From an uncultured Gammaproteobacteria bacterium (lineage in GTDB: Bacteria; Patescibacteriota; Patescibacteriia; UBA11705; JABHMO01), in NCBI GenBank assembly GCA_964590105.1, contig CAZPYM010000002.1, positions 218,697-282,696 on the forward strand: a stretch of 64,000 bases of DNA. Direction: 5' to 3'. The position numbers and the translations under genes were made by a program. Under the pieces are notes generated by a model. It was given only the letters and a program-made list of their open reading frames with translations, had not been told where the DNA came from and did not search any database. Below are positions 28,227 through 37,122 of the stretch, in pieces. How positions within the stretch are numbered: the first letter of the stretch is position 1; every line of letters begins with the position of its first letter.

Positions 28227-29786
28227 ATGAACTATCTGCACGTGGAATTACCGAGTTTGCATTTGGTTTGGAAACGGGATGGGCAAACGGATGTTGTGTG
28301 TTCTGTGATTCGCACCAATTATCCGAAGCCGAGCCTGCTATTGGTGCCGGCAATTATGCGGACATCTGGCGTGGCGGAAGTTAGAGTAATTGATATGAAG
28401 ATTCGCGATCAAGACGTCATTGTTCCTTACTGTGAATTTAATTACGGTGAAGGAAAAATGGTGGCGTCCAGAATGGGAATGCCGTTTGACTCGATCCGGA
28501 GCCAGCTGGAATGGGCTGATATTCTTGGGCTGACCATCAATCCAAGTTCGTGGGCCAATCTCGCGGTTGATTTTGCCGGTTATGCCAAGTGCGTGAATCC
28601 GCAAATTAAGATAATTATTGGCGGTACGGATGCGACATTCAGGCCGGAATTTTATCTGCGCCACGAGCATTTTGAAAAGCGCAGACTGTTTGATTTCGTT
28701 GTAGTGGGAGAAGGAGAAGTCGCCGGGCCGGAACTTTTGCGGCGGCTGGAGTTCGGCCAGCAGGTGGATGAAATTTTTGGTGTAGCTTATTATTCCGACG
28801 GTAAAGTAATTATGAACGGAATAAATCGCAATGTTTGCCTTGACGATGAACCGCTACCGGCGATGGACTTGTTTGTTGATGACATGTCGCTCTGGACAAC
28901 ACCGATTGAGGGTTACGTCGGAATGGAAGTGCGGCCGCCGATCGCGCCGCTCTACATTACCCGCGGGTGTAATAATGCTTGCGAGTATTGTACGACGCCA
29001 CAGAAATACGGTCGGCTTCGGTTCAAGTCGTTGTCTCGGGTGGAAGAAGAGCTTAAGCATTTTAAAACGTTCGGCATTGGCACGATCAATATCTGGGATG
29101 ATTCTTTGAGCTCATTGGTCGGCCGTGGCGAACGGGATTTGTTGATTGGATACATCAGGTTGATCCGGCAATATGGATTTTCGTTTGAATACGCGCAGGG
29201 AATGGTGATCCGTGATTTATGGAATAAGGAGAAGAACGAGCCAGACTTTGCGTTGATCAAAGAGCTGTACGGACACGCAATTGTTGACGGCCAGTTTGTC
29301 GGCTGTTACGGACAATATACGCCGTTTGAATTTTTGCAGACGGAAAATCCTCATGATTTGAACAGCAAACTGATTCCCTTTGATAAAGAATTGCGCGTCT
29401 TGCAAGCGATTCTTGACCAAGGGGTAAGATATTTGAGCTATTCTTGTATATTGGGGCGGGCCGATGACAGCGCCGAGCAATTCCGGCTGGCGGAATCGCG
29501 CATGAAGCAAATTCAGGGCATTATTGAAGCGGCCGGGGCGCGAGGTCTGGCTACGCCGTACATTTATTCAATTTTTCCCGGAACTAGAATATGGTCACGG
29601 GAAATTGAACGATTGGATTATTCGATTGAAGAGTATCCGGAATTGTATCAGCTGAACGCGGCGCCGCATGGGACAACGCATTTGACGCCGGGTGAGCTGA
29701 TGCAAGCCAAGCTTGATTTGGAAAGGGAGTCCTTGGGCGAGGAAAGGTTTAAGTGTTGGATTAAAACAGGGCGATATCAATGGTAG
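28227..29786 (+). CDS. Radical SAM protein with N-terminal cobalamin-binding-like domain
   Basis: IIIGGTDAT, VVGEGE, TRGCNNACEYC, PGT motifs. Confidence 0.85.
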   Translation: MNYLHVELPSLHLVWKRDGQTDVVCSVIRTNYPKPSLLLVPAIMRTSGVAEVRVIDMKIRDQDVIVPYCEFNYGEGKMVASRMGMPFDSIRSQLEWADILGLTINPSSWANLAVDFAGYAKCVNPQIKIIIGGTDATFRPEFYLRHEHFEKRRLFDFVVVGEGEVAGPELLRRLEFGQQVDEIFGVAYYSDGKVIMNGINRNVCLDDEPLPAMDLFVDDMSLWTTPIEGYVGMEVRPPIAPLYITRGCNNACEYCTTPQKYGRLRFKSLSRVEEELKHFKTFGIGTINIWDDSLSSLVGRGERDLLIGYIRLIRQYGFSFEYAQGMVIRDLWNKEKNEPDFALIKELYGHAIVDGQFVGCYGQYTPFEFLQTENPHDLNSKLIPFDKELRVLQAILDQGVRYLSYSCILGRADDSAEQFRLAESRMKQIQGIIEAAGARGLATPYIYSIFPGTRIWSREIERLDYSIEEYPELYQLNAAPHGTTHLTPGELMQAKLDLERESLGEERFKCWIKTGRYQW

Positions 29787-29803
29787 TTTTTTTGTAAAAA
29801 ATC

Positions 29804-29826
29804 AGCCCAATTCAAGGAATTGGGCT
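29804..29826. terminator. Hairpin after B12-rSAM gene
   Basis: AGCCCAATTC-aag-GAATTGGGCT. Confidence 0.6.
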
Positions 29827-29899
29827 TCTACTCGCGAAATTAAATTCTTGATTTTGCATGTGGAAGTTGTTCTTTGAAATATAAAGGAGGTGATTGACC

Positions 29900-30271
29900 A
29901 TGTGGTGGATCATTGTTTTGGTTTGTGTCTGTGCGGTGTTAATTACAACTGTAAGTTTGGTTGTGCATCATTATCGGTATTGTAAATTGTATGAAGTTGA
30001 TGCTGTTATTAAGCAATCCGGGGTAACTGGTGTTCCATGGCAGTTTGCTGATATTGACTATGAACGTCACACTGGGACTAAAGTTTTGGGACGCCGAGTA
30101 TTTACAATTATTGTTGAAACAGAATTTGGTGAGCGAGACTGGAATTATGTGGAATATATAAAAGATGGCGATGCAGAGAGACGAATACATTTACCGGCTA
30201 ATCGTTCGAAAACAAAATTGTTAACCACGCGTTGTGGTAAAAGGGCTTATTCTTTGGATTGGTTTGAATAA
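29900..30271 (+). CDS. Hypothetical protein with N-terminal TM
   Basis: GGAGGTG SD; hydrophobic N-terminus. Confidence 0.6.
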   Translation: MWWIIVLVCVCAVLITTVSLVVHHYRYCKLYEVDAVIKQSGVTGVPWQFADIDYERHTGTKVLGRRVFTIIVETEFGERDWNYVEYIKDGDAERRIHLPANRSKTKLLTTRCGKRAYSLDWFE

Positions 30272-30283
30272 AAGGAGGACAAC

Positions 30284-31447
30284 ATGAAAGACCAATTTTT
30301 AGAATTAAAAGATGTTTTAGTTGAACCAGAACAAGGCCTGCGTATCGTCGGCCGGCATCTGATTCCGGCTGAACCAATGCCCGAGCGGCCATTGCCGGCT
30401 CTGCGGGAAGATTATCTTTCCGCGGTCGAAGCCGAAGCGGTAAAACAACACAACTTGCGCTGGGCAAATGGTTTGGAAGAAAAGCCAAAGTTGTTGTTGG
30501 CGTGGCTCATGTTGCCGACGCGTTGCAATCAGTGGTGCCGCGGCTGTTATGCCGGCAATGATAAGAAAAAAACAAACAGTATATTGCCACAGTTTTATTC
30601 GGAGGCAAAGCTGAAAGAAATGCTTGATTCTTTGCGGCGGCATGGAGCTCGGACGATCGGCTACGCCGGTCTTGGCGAACTTTTCACAATGCGCCGGCCG
30701 CATTTAGCTATAAATGCGCGGGAATACATTGAACGCATTATCGGAGCCGGATTCAATATGTTGATTTTCACCAATGGCACGCTTTTGTCGGTTGATGATA
30801 TCGAGTGGTTGGCCAAGCGCCCGATCAGTTTGATTTTTTCTTTGCGGGACATTGTGGAAAGCGAACATAACGGCATTGTCCGTTTTAACGGCTTTCGTAA
30901 AACCTTGCGAGCTTTAGAGCTGGCTTTGCGCGCCGGTCTGCACAAGGCTAATCGGATTGGCGTGGAAATCCCTGTGATTCATGGCAATATGGAGCGAGTA
31001 CTTAATGATTTTATCCCGGCCATGCGGCACTTGGGAATTATTCCTTACGCTGAACAATACATGCAGGTTTGCACTTCGTCGGAAGAAAAGAAAATGGGCT
31101 TGAGCTTTGCCGAGGCGCGCGAATTTTTCCGACGGGCGCAGGCGATTGAAAGGCGATTCGGCTATGTTCACGCGCCGTGTTTTGCGCAAAGGATGGTGTC
31201 TCAAGACAAGTGTATTCGGCCGGTTTTTTCTGTAACGATTTATCCGAATGGCGCGGTTACGCCCTGCCCGGGAAATTCGGAAAAACTTGGTAATATTTAT
31301 GACGTGTCACTTGATGAAATTTTGAATTCAGACAAGTATAGAGAGTGGGTCAAGCGATTTGAATTGTGCGCTTGTTCAGTGTTTTACACTGAGAGCGATA
31401 AAGAAATTCCACCCAACATGCCGCAATTTCTGGAGGAGTTCAAATGA
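30284..31447 (+). CDS. Radical SAM protein with SPASM/Twitch domain
   Basis: CNQWCRGC, GLGE, FTNGT; C..G.V.PC..LGNI..SL.EI and terminal CAC. Confidence 0.87.
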   Translation: MKDQFLELKDVLVEPEQGLRIVGRHLIPAEPMPERPLPALREDYLSAVEAEAVKQHNLRWANGLEEKPKLLLAWLMLPTRCNQWCRGCYAGNDKKKTNSILPQFYSEAKLKEMLDSLRRHGARTIGYAGLGELFTMRRPHLAINAREYIERIIGAGFNMLIFTNGTLLSVDDIEWLAKRPISLIFSLRDIVESEHNGIVRFNGFRKTLRALELALRAGLHKANRIGVEIPVIHGNMERVLNDFIPAMRHLGIIPYAEQYMQVCTSSEEKKMGLSFAEAREFFRRAQAIERRFGYVHAPCFAQRMVSQDKCIRPVFSVTIYPNGAVTPCPGNSEKLGNIYDVSLDEILNSDKYREWVKRFELCACSVFYTESDKEIPPNMPQFLEEFK

Positions 31448-32577
31448 AAACAATTCACGACGTTCCAATTGTTTTTCCGGATAAGTTTCCTGCTGATTTC
31501 GACAATCGAATTCAGCACTGGGGATTTTTCACCCGCGAAGAAGTTGAACGCGATCGCGGTCGACTTCTGATGCTGGATTTTGACTTTGGCGGCTATTGTT
31601 CACTGAACTGTCCGGATTGCTATCGTAAACACAATGTGATTGACGAAGCTTTGCCCGGAGAGTTGACTTACAAACAACAGCTGGCGGTCATTGACGAAGC
31701 AATCAAACTTGGATTGCGAAGCATAAAGATCTGCGGCAAAGGCGAGCCAACAGAAGACACGCGTTTTTTGCAGTTCGTGCGCGATTTGAGCGATCGAGGA
31801 GTCGGTGCCGCAGTTTTCACTGCCGGGCAAGTACTCGGCCATGATGAGAAAGCGCGACAGGTTAATCGCAAATATGGCGTTAAGAATGCAAAGCACCTTT
31901 GCTCTGAACTGGCCAAACTGAAAGTCAGTTTTATGCTGAAGTTTCAGTCATTTTATTCGGAGATTCAGGATCGGCGAGTTGGGAAAAATGGGCATACTGA
32001 AATCCGTGACCGGGCGTTGTTGAATTTGGTCGGCGCTGGTTTTGCCGATAGTTTTCCCACGCGCCTCGCCACTTGTTCCAATCCCATAGTTCAGTCAACG
32101 GCGCAGGAAGTTTTTGACATCTATGCTTGGTCAAGGCGGCGTAATATCTATCCGATCACCGCCGCCCTGATGGTCAGCGGCAAGCAGATTGATCAGCGAT
32201 TTTTGCTGGAGCATGATATTTCCGATGAGGAAAAGATCGCGCTCTGGACTCGGATTTATCGTTGGAATATTCGGCATGGTTTGCAAACGCTGGAACAGAT
32301 TGAAGCTGGAGGAGTTTCAGTCTTGCCCGGCATGCATCCGTGCAATCAGATCGCTGCTGGGCTTTATGTTTCTTTGACCGGCAATGTGATCATGTGTCCA
32401 GGCGCGACCGAATCGCTAGGCAATGTCAAAGATGAATCCCTGTCCGTTATTTGGTGGCGGTATATTGAAGCGAGTCGTAACGTCGGTTGTTTCAACTGCT
32501 GGTGTCCGCCGAAAGATGGAGTTACAATACCTGCGAATTTGTACAGACGAGTTTTGAAAAATTTGCAAAGCATATAA
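31444..32577 (+). CDS. Radical SAM protein with SPASM/Twitch domain
   Basis: CSLNCPDC, GKGEP; PCNQ..G.V.MC..LGNV..SL..IW..CFNCWC; ATGA overlap with upstream rSAM. Confidence 0.87.
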   Translation: MKTIHDVPIVFPDKFPADFDNRIQHWGFFTREEVERDRGRLLMLDFDFGGYCSLNCPDCYRKHNVIDEALPGELTYKQQLAVIDEAIKLGLRSIKICGKGEPTEDTRFLQFVRDLSDRGVGAAVFTAGQVLGHDEKARQVNRKYGVKNAKHLCSELAKLKVSFMLKFQSFYSEIQDRRVGKNGHTEIRDRALLNLVGAGFADSFPTRLATCSNPIVQSTAQEVFDIYAWSRRRNIYPITAALMVSGKQIDQRFLLEHDISDEEKIALWTRIYRWNIRHGLQTLEQIEAGGVSVLPGMHPCNQIAAGLYVSLTGNVIMCPGATESLGNVKDESLSVIWWRYIEASRNVGCFNCWCPPKDGVTIPANLYRRVLKNLQSI

Positions 32578-32580
32578 CAA

Positions 32581-32619
32581 AAATCCCCGTCTCGATAATA
32601 TTCGAGCGGGGTTTTTTTT
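32581..32619 (+). terminator. Intrinsic terminator of rSAM operon
   Basis: CCCCG.CTCGA..TCGAGCGGGG followed by T8. Confidence 0.7.
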
Positions 32620-32629
32620 ATGTTTTTTA

Positions 32630-32893
32630 TTACCCTGTCGCGCTTTTCAGTTGCTCTCGCGAGTTGTCTTGATCTCCGTTCGGAAGCGCATTCAAAAAGA
32701 ACATTTCAACTCGACCGTGGAACAATTTCTCAAGCATGGGGATGAGATTGTCCGTGCTGTTTCGTTCGTCGTAAAGTATACAGCAATCATTTTCGTCCGC
32801 TACTAAGTACCAGCCATCGATCCAGTGGTCCAGCCATTTGTTGGTCGGAACATGCAAGAGTCTGTGTGATCTAGATTCTCCCTGATTAGTCAT
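32630..32893 (-). CDS. Hypothetical small protein
   Basis: AAGGGGGA SD before ATG 32893. Confidence 0.45.
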   Translation of the reverse strand: MTNQGESRSHRLLHVPTNKWLDHWIDGWYLVADENDCCILYDERNSTDNLIPMLEKLFHGRVEMFFLNALPNGDQDNSREQLKSATG

Positions 32894-32992
32894 TTTTTTC
32901 CCCCTTGGAAAGACAAACATGTCAAGGCGGTATATTAGCAATATTATAAAGATGTGTCAAGGCATGAAAAAAGCAAGCAGTGATTGCTTGCT

Positions 32993-33724
32993 TTAGATGT
33001 TTTTTCTTTTTATGTCTGCCGGACAATTTTGATGCCCCAAAACTCTTTTTTTAAACTCCGGATGATTCCAGACAAAGATTGATTTGGTCATTCCCCGCAA
33101 GACTTCCGGCGGCAGGCCGGGAAAAACAAGCAGGTTTCGAACAAGCAGAAGAGATGTGAATGTGTGCCTGGACAGAATTTTCGCGGTCTCGTGTTTTATT
33201 CTTAGCCCGATTAAATACTTGAGACAACGGCCTTCGGTTCTGATAATAAAATCCGCGCATTGTTCTGCAGAGCTGTTGTCGAATTTTTCTCGTAGAAATA
33301 ATCTGGCGAGCTTAGTCGTTTTTTCAGTTGATTCGCGTCCTTCTGAAAGATTATTCAGCAGGAAGAGTGACAGCGTGCTGAAACATCTCCGCAGAGCAAC
33401 TTCAGTGCTGAAGCTATTTTTGAAAAGCCCGCTTTTTACGGCGGTATCGCTGACAAAAGCAGGAAAACCGGTTAGATATTCCAGACCTGCTCCGGAATGA
33501 TGATATTTTGCAACCAATTGAGCGTGCCGCGGGCCAAAAGAGGAATTCTGAATTGCGGCTCTGATTACTTCAGGATTGGGATCCAGGCAGATGGCGCACA
33601 GTTCATCGCCGCCTGATGTCTGCGCCAGATGAATTTTTACGCTGAGCGACAAACCGCGAATGGTCTCCTCATAGACCCTTCGGTGTTCAGCCCCTCTTAT
33701 TAAATGTTTTTCGTTTTCGGCCAT
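32993..33724 (-). CDS. Hypothetical helical (leucine-rich repeat variant-like) protein
   Basis: GGAGGGAG SD; repeated L..DP...V..A...N patterns. Confidence 0.6.
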   Translation of the reverse strand: MAENEKHLIRGAEHRRVYEETIRGLSLSVKIHLAQTSGGDELCAICLDPNPEVIRAAIQNSSFGPRHAQLVAKYHHSGAGLEYLTGFPAFVSDTAVKSGLFKNSFSTEVALRRCFSTLSLFLLNNLSEGRESTEKTTKLARLFLREKFDNSSAEQCADFIIRTEGRCLKYLIGLRIKHETAKILSRHTFTSLLLVRNLLVFPGLPPEVLRGMTKSIFVWNHPEFKKRVLGHQNCPADIKRKNI

Positions 33725-33852
33725 GCTCCCTCCTTGCAATGACAAAGCTTTCAGTTCAAAACATTATCAATATAATGCACTTGTGTCAAGGTAGTGTTTT
33801 AATTTATAAGAAAAAAAACTGTCCTTCGGTGTGAGGAAAGACAGATTTGGCG

Positions 33853-34419
33853 CTATACAATTCGCTGTGCTAAGAAAAGATCGAGCTGGGCAAAGGAGGC
33901 TACGTAGCCTTTTTTCTGATAAATTCCTATGCGATCGATTTCCGCTTGAACTTGATCATCGGTAAATGACTGGCCGGTCGGATTAAGCAATGAAACCAGC
34001 GAGATTTCCCGATGACAGTTGGCCTTTTGCAGGGTTTGCAAAAAGGTCAGAAAGCAACGCGGTAGGTGATACGCGGCGGTTGTCAGAATGACGTGTCCGA
34101 CCTGCTGATGCTTGAGCAACAAATCACGCGCCCATTCCCTTTGCCATAAAGTATGTTTTGCCCAGCCGCCGCAGAGAATGTCAGGAGAATCAGTTCGAAC
34201 ATATTGGACAACATCTTCCCGCGAATATAGCGGGTCATCCCTTGTCCCGGCAACCCAGAGATGCTTTGCCTTCCGCGGCCACAATTTTGTTCCTTGTTCA
34301 ATTCGCCAATTCTGATATTGGCCGGGCATGATTAGTATGGCGCTTTGTTCAGGCGAAAATTTTTCCGCAAAGGGAATGCTGAGAATTTCAATCATTCGGC
34401 GACAGATTTCAAGGGACAT
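33853..34419 (-). CDS. YdcF/ElyC/SanA (DUF218)-like protein
   Basis: LTTAAYHLPRCFLTF resembles family VTS.YHM.RA motif. Confidence 0.55.
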   Translation of the reverse strand: MSLEICRRMIEILSIPFAEKFSPEQSAILIMPGQYQNWRIEQGTKLWPRKAKHLWVAGTRDDPLYSREDVVQYVRTDSPDILCGGWAKHTLWQREWARDLLLKHQQVGHVILTTAAYHLPRCFLTFLQTLQKANCHREISLVSLLNPTGQSFTDDQVQAEIDRIGIYQKKGYVASFAQLDLFLAQRIV

Positions 34420-34516
34420 TATTTCCCTCCAACCTATGATTTACTGCAATTACGGCGATTGGTTATTATAATGAATAAAAATTAAAATGTCAAGTGTGTG
34501 TTTTTGAAAAATTTTG

Positions 34517-34552
34517 AAACAAAAAACTGCAACTCGTGTAAGTTGCAGTAGG
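34517..34552. repeat. Terminator-containing direct repeat copy 1
   Basis: AAACAAAAAACTGCAACTCGTGTAAGTTGCAGTAGG, 35/36 identical to 36422-36457. Confidence 0.85.
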
Positions 34553-34581
34553 ATTGTTGTCTGTTTCCTTTATTGCGTTTA

Positions 34582-36342
34582 CTACCAGGGCAACGCGTCG
34601 AGAACGGTCCTTGTAATAAACATACTATCTGGAGAGAGATAGTTCGCTATCCCCCAAACTATCCAAGGCAAGACGGCCCATTTCCATGCATTTTGCCAAC
34701 GCACTTGTACATAACCCCCCAATAGAACTAGAAGAGGGTCCCCGATTAAACGATTGGACCAATGTTCGTGCCCAACTTTCCAGGCCGACACTCCTTTTCC
34801 TAAAATTCCCAATTCAAGAAGGTATTCCATGAGCTCCCATCCGTATGCAATGGCGAGCGTGATACTGAGTAGCTTCATTACTGAAAGCTTTGGGCAGAAG
34901 CGCTTCAGGGATGCAAGTACGACTACGCCCCAGAGAAAGTGCTCAATAGACCACATGTCGAGCATCACCGCTTCTCTGTCGATGCCATACTTTTCTGGCA
35001 CAACAAGGCAGATAGCGAGTAGCCCGATCAGGGTATCATGGAGAATGATCATGGGTTTTGAGATACTTGTCGGATCCCACTTTACAAATTTGTAAACCAA
35101 GAATACCAGAAATGCCAGCAGCTCATTCGCCTTATTTGTAAGAAAGATGAAAAAGCCGGAGAGCGTGGATATGGACAAGGCGATCCACTTGGCGGGTGAA
35201 GTTCCCAGCGTGACTGGCAAAGTGTTTTTGTGTCCTGTGTCAATGGTCACATCTTCAATGTCCTTGATAATCTCTCGCCCAAGGATCAAAGTGAAGAACA
35301 CACTGTACCAAGTCCAGATATACGCATCGTTCCTCTGGAAAAATACTGAACCGCACAGGACAGGGCTTGCGCCACATCCAGCCACGATCAGATTGTTAAT
35401 AACAACCAATTTCTGGAGGTATGAGTAGGCAAGGCCAAGCACTAGAATGCCAAAGCAGAAAAGTGCCACGACAGTATTTAACGTTGCAAGTATACTGATC
35501 GTTGTCAAGGTGAGCCCTGTGAGTCTGACCCAATATGACCAGAATGCCTTAGGATGATCATACGCCAACCGTTTTCCCTTTTGCAAGTCGTGGCTTCGAT
35601 CATACCAATCATTGAAAGTCATGATGGACATGTGTAGCAGTGAGCAGGACAGCGCTGTAAACAAAGCGACCATCCAGTCTATGTGATTCTCCCCATACAT
35701 TACAAATCCGGATAAGGCGAGGAGAAATGTGAAGATAGTCCCCCGGATCCTTCCGGTTTTCACGAACTCAACGAGTGGCGGCGCCTGCGATTCGAGCGGG
35801 TTTTTATGACCGAGGATTACGTCTACCAAAACCGCGCTGAGAAACACTAGATATCCAGCCACAATCAAATAGCTCGGCGTCTTTTCAATATTTCCAGACA
35901 AAACATGCAAAAGACAGATACTTGAAACGGCCACGTTCACTCCAAAATACACAAGGTGAACTTTACCGCCAAGACTGACCTTGCCAGGCGCTGGAAAGCT
36001 CCAATTGGGTTTATACTTCTGATGTGTCCCGACTCTGTACCACGACCAGATCCCAAATATGGAAAGGAAAAGAAAGATTAACCACTCTCCAAGTTCGATC
36101 CGTCCGTACCAGGCCAGGTGTGCAAAGCCTGAGACGACCAGCCCGAGTCCAACCATGTCGCCCCAAGTTTGACAATGGGCGTCTTGCCAATGATTGAATT
36201 TTTGGTTTGTGCCGTGGATGGCACTACCGCGCGCAGGGATTTTCCCTTTTTTTAGTTCCCATTGCTGCACAAGATATTGCAATAGGCAAGCGATCCCGTT
36301 CAAGAGGAGGCTTGCCAGGACGAGAGTCCAGTTCGGTGTCAT
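34582..36342 (-). CDS. Multi-domain membrane protein with UbiA-family prenyltransferase domain
   Basis: NDWYDRSHD and REIIKDIEDV.ID aspartate motifs; extra N- and C-terminal TM domains. Confidence 0.75.
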   Translation of the reverse strand: MTPNWTLVLASLLLNGIACLLQYLVQQWELKKGKIPARGSAIHGTNQKFNHWQDAHCQTWGDMVGLGLVVSGFAHLAWYGRIELGEWLIFLFLSIFGIWSWYRVGTHQKYKPNWSFPAPGKVSLGGKVHLVYFGVNVAVSSICLLHVLSGNIEKTPSYLIVAGYLVFLSAVLVDVILGHKNPLESQAPPLVEFVKTGRIRGTIFTFLLALSGFVMYGENHIDWMVALFTALSCSLLHMSIMTFNDWYDRSHDLQKGKRLAYDHPKAFWSYWVRLTGLTLTTISILATLNTVVALFCFGILVLGLAYSYLQKLVVINNLIVAGCGASPVLCGSVFFQRNDAYIWTWYSVFFTLILGREIIKDIEDVTIDTGHKNTLPVTLGTSPAKWIALSISTLSGFFIFLTNKANELLAFLVFLVYKFVKWDPTSISKPMIILHDTLIGLLAICLVVPEKYGIDREAVMLDMWSIEHFLWGVVVLASLKRFCPKLSVMKLLSITLAIAYGWELMEYLLELGILGKGVSAWKVGHEHWSNRLIGDPLLVLLGGYVQVRWQNAWKWAVLPWIVWGIANYLSPDSMFITRTVLDALPW

Positions 36343-36421
36343 GTGACGCCTCCTTTTGATTGTAGTTGATTGTCGAAGTCCAAAATTATTTTATAATTTT
36401 AGAAGGACATTGTCAAAGTGC

Positions 36422-36457
36422 AAACAAAAAACTGCAACTCGTGTGAGTTGCAGTAGG
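36422..36457. repeat. Terminator-containing direct repeat copy 2 (terminator of tRNA transcript)
   Basis: ACTGCAACTC-gtgt-GAGTTGCAGT hairpin, T-run on - strand. Confidence 0.85.
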
Positions 36458-36629
36458 TGTAGGAAAGAAGGGGCGACTGACACAAGCTTGTGTCTTTTTT
36501 CTGCCTGCGGACTTTGGATACCGCGCGATACGCCGAGGCGCAAAGGGTCGTGCCGAGGGCTTTCTTAATCCCCACGGCCTCCCTATCGCTTAACAGATCT
36601 TGGACACATTGACTTGTGCCAGCCACCAG

Positions 36630-36703
36630 TGGAGCCAGAAGGAATCGAACCTTCGCCTTCCGCTACGCAAGAACGGCGCTCTGCCGGTCTGAGCTATGGC
36701 CCC
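36630..36703 (-). tRNA. tRNA-Ala(UGC)
   Basis: GGGGCCA/TGGCTCC acceptor with G3:U70, anticodon TGC, GGTTCGATTCC T-arm; no encoded CCA. Confidence 0.88.
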
Positions 36704-36970
36704 AGTTGAGAAAAAGAATTTTGGTAAAGCCCGCATATCTCCCGTTTAGCAGGATCAAGGAGAATATGCGGTTTTGCCGGCGAGGACTTTGCATCTGGTA
36801 ATGAACGGGTTCAACTGCCATGCGTCGGAAGTGCAGTCGGGAAGTAGTTCTTTCCGGCCCCGCGATAGCGCTTCCGTGGCACGCACAGTCACCGCCGCCA
36901 TTGCTGGTCGTATTGCCGGAGTTAGCGAAGCTCCGGTAATCAACCCTTCAGCCTCCTGCAAGGCCAATCG

Positions 36971-37043
36971 TGCGCCCAAAGGGATTCGAACCCTTGACCC
37001 TCGGATTAAAAGTCCGATGCTCTACCAACTGAGCTACGGGCGC
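36971..37043 (-). tRNA. tRNA-Lys(UUU)
   Basis: GCGCCCG acceptor, TAGCTCAGTTGGTAGAGC D-arm, CTTTTAA loop, GGTTCGAATCC. Confidence 0.95.
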
Positions 37044-37086
37044 GCTTGTCAACAAAGGATAAGTCTCGATGAACGAACAAGAATAC

Positions 37087-37115
37087 AATATAGCATTGCG
37101 GTAATAATTTGTCAA
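37087..37115 (-). promoter_or_regulatory. Promoter of tRNA transcript
   Basis: TTGACA-17-TATATT with extended TG. Confidence 0.7.
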
Positions 37116-37122
37116 GGTAAGA

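Noticed and set aside
6670-36342. Prophage or integrative element spanning the accessory genes
   Set aside because: No integrase, transposase, terminase or structural genes; islands alternate with core genes.
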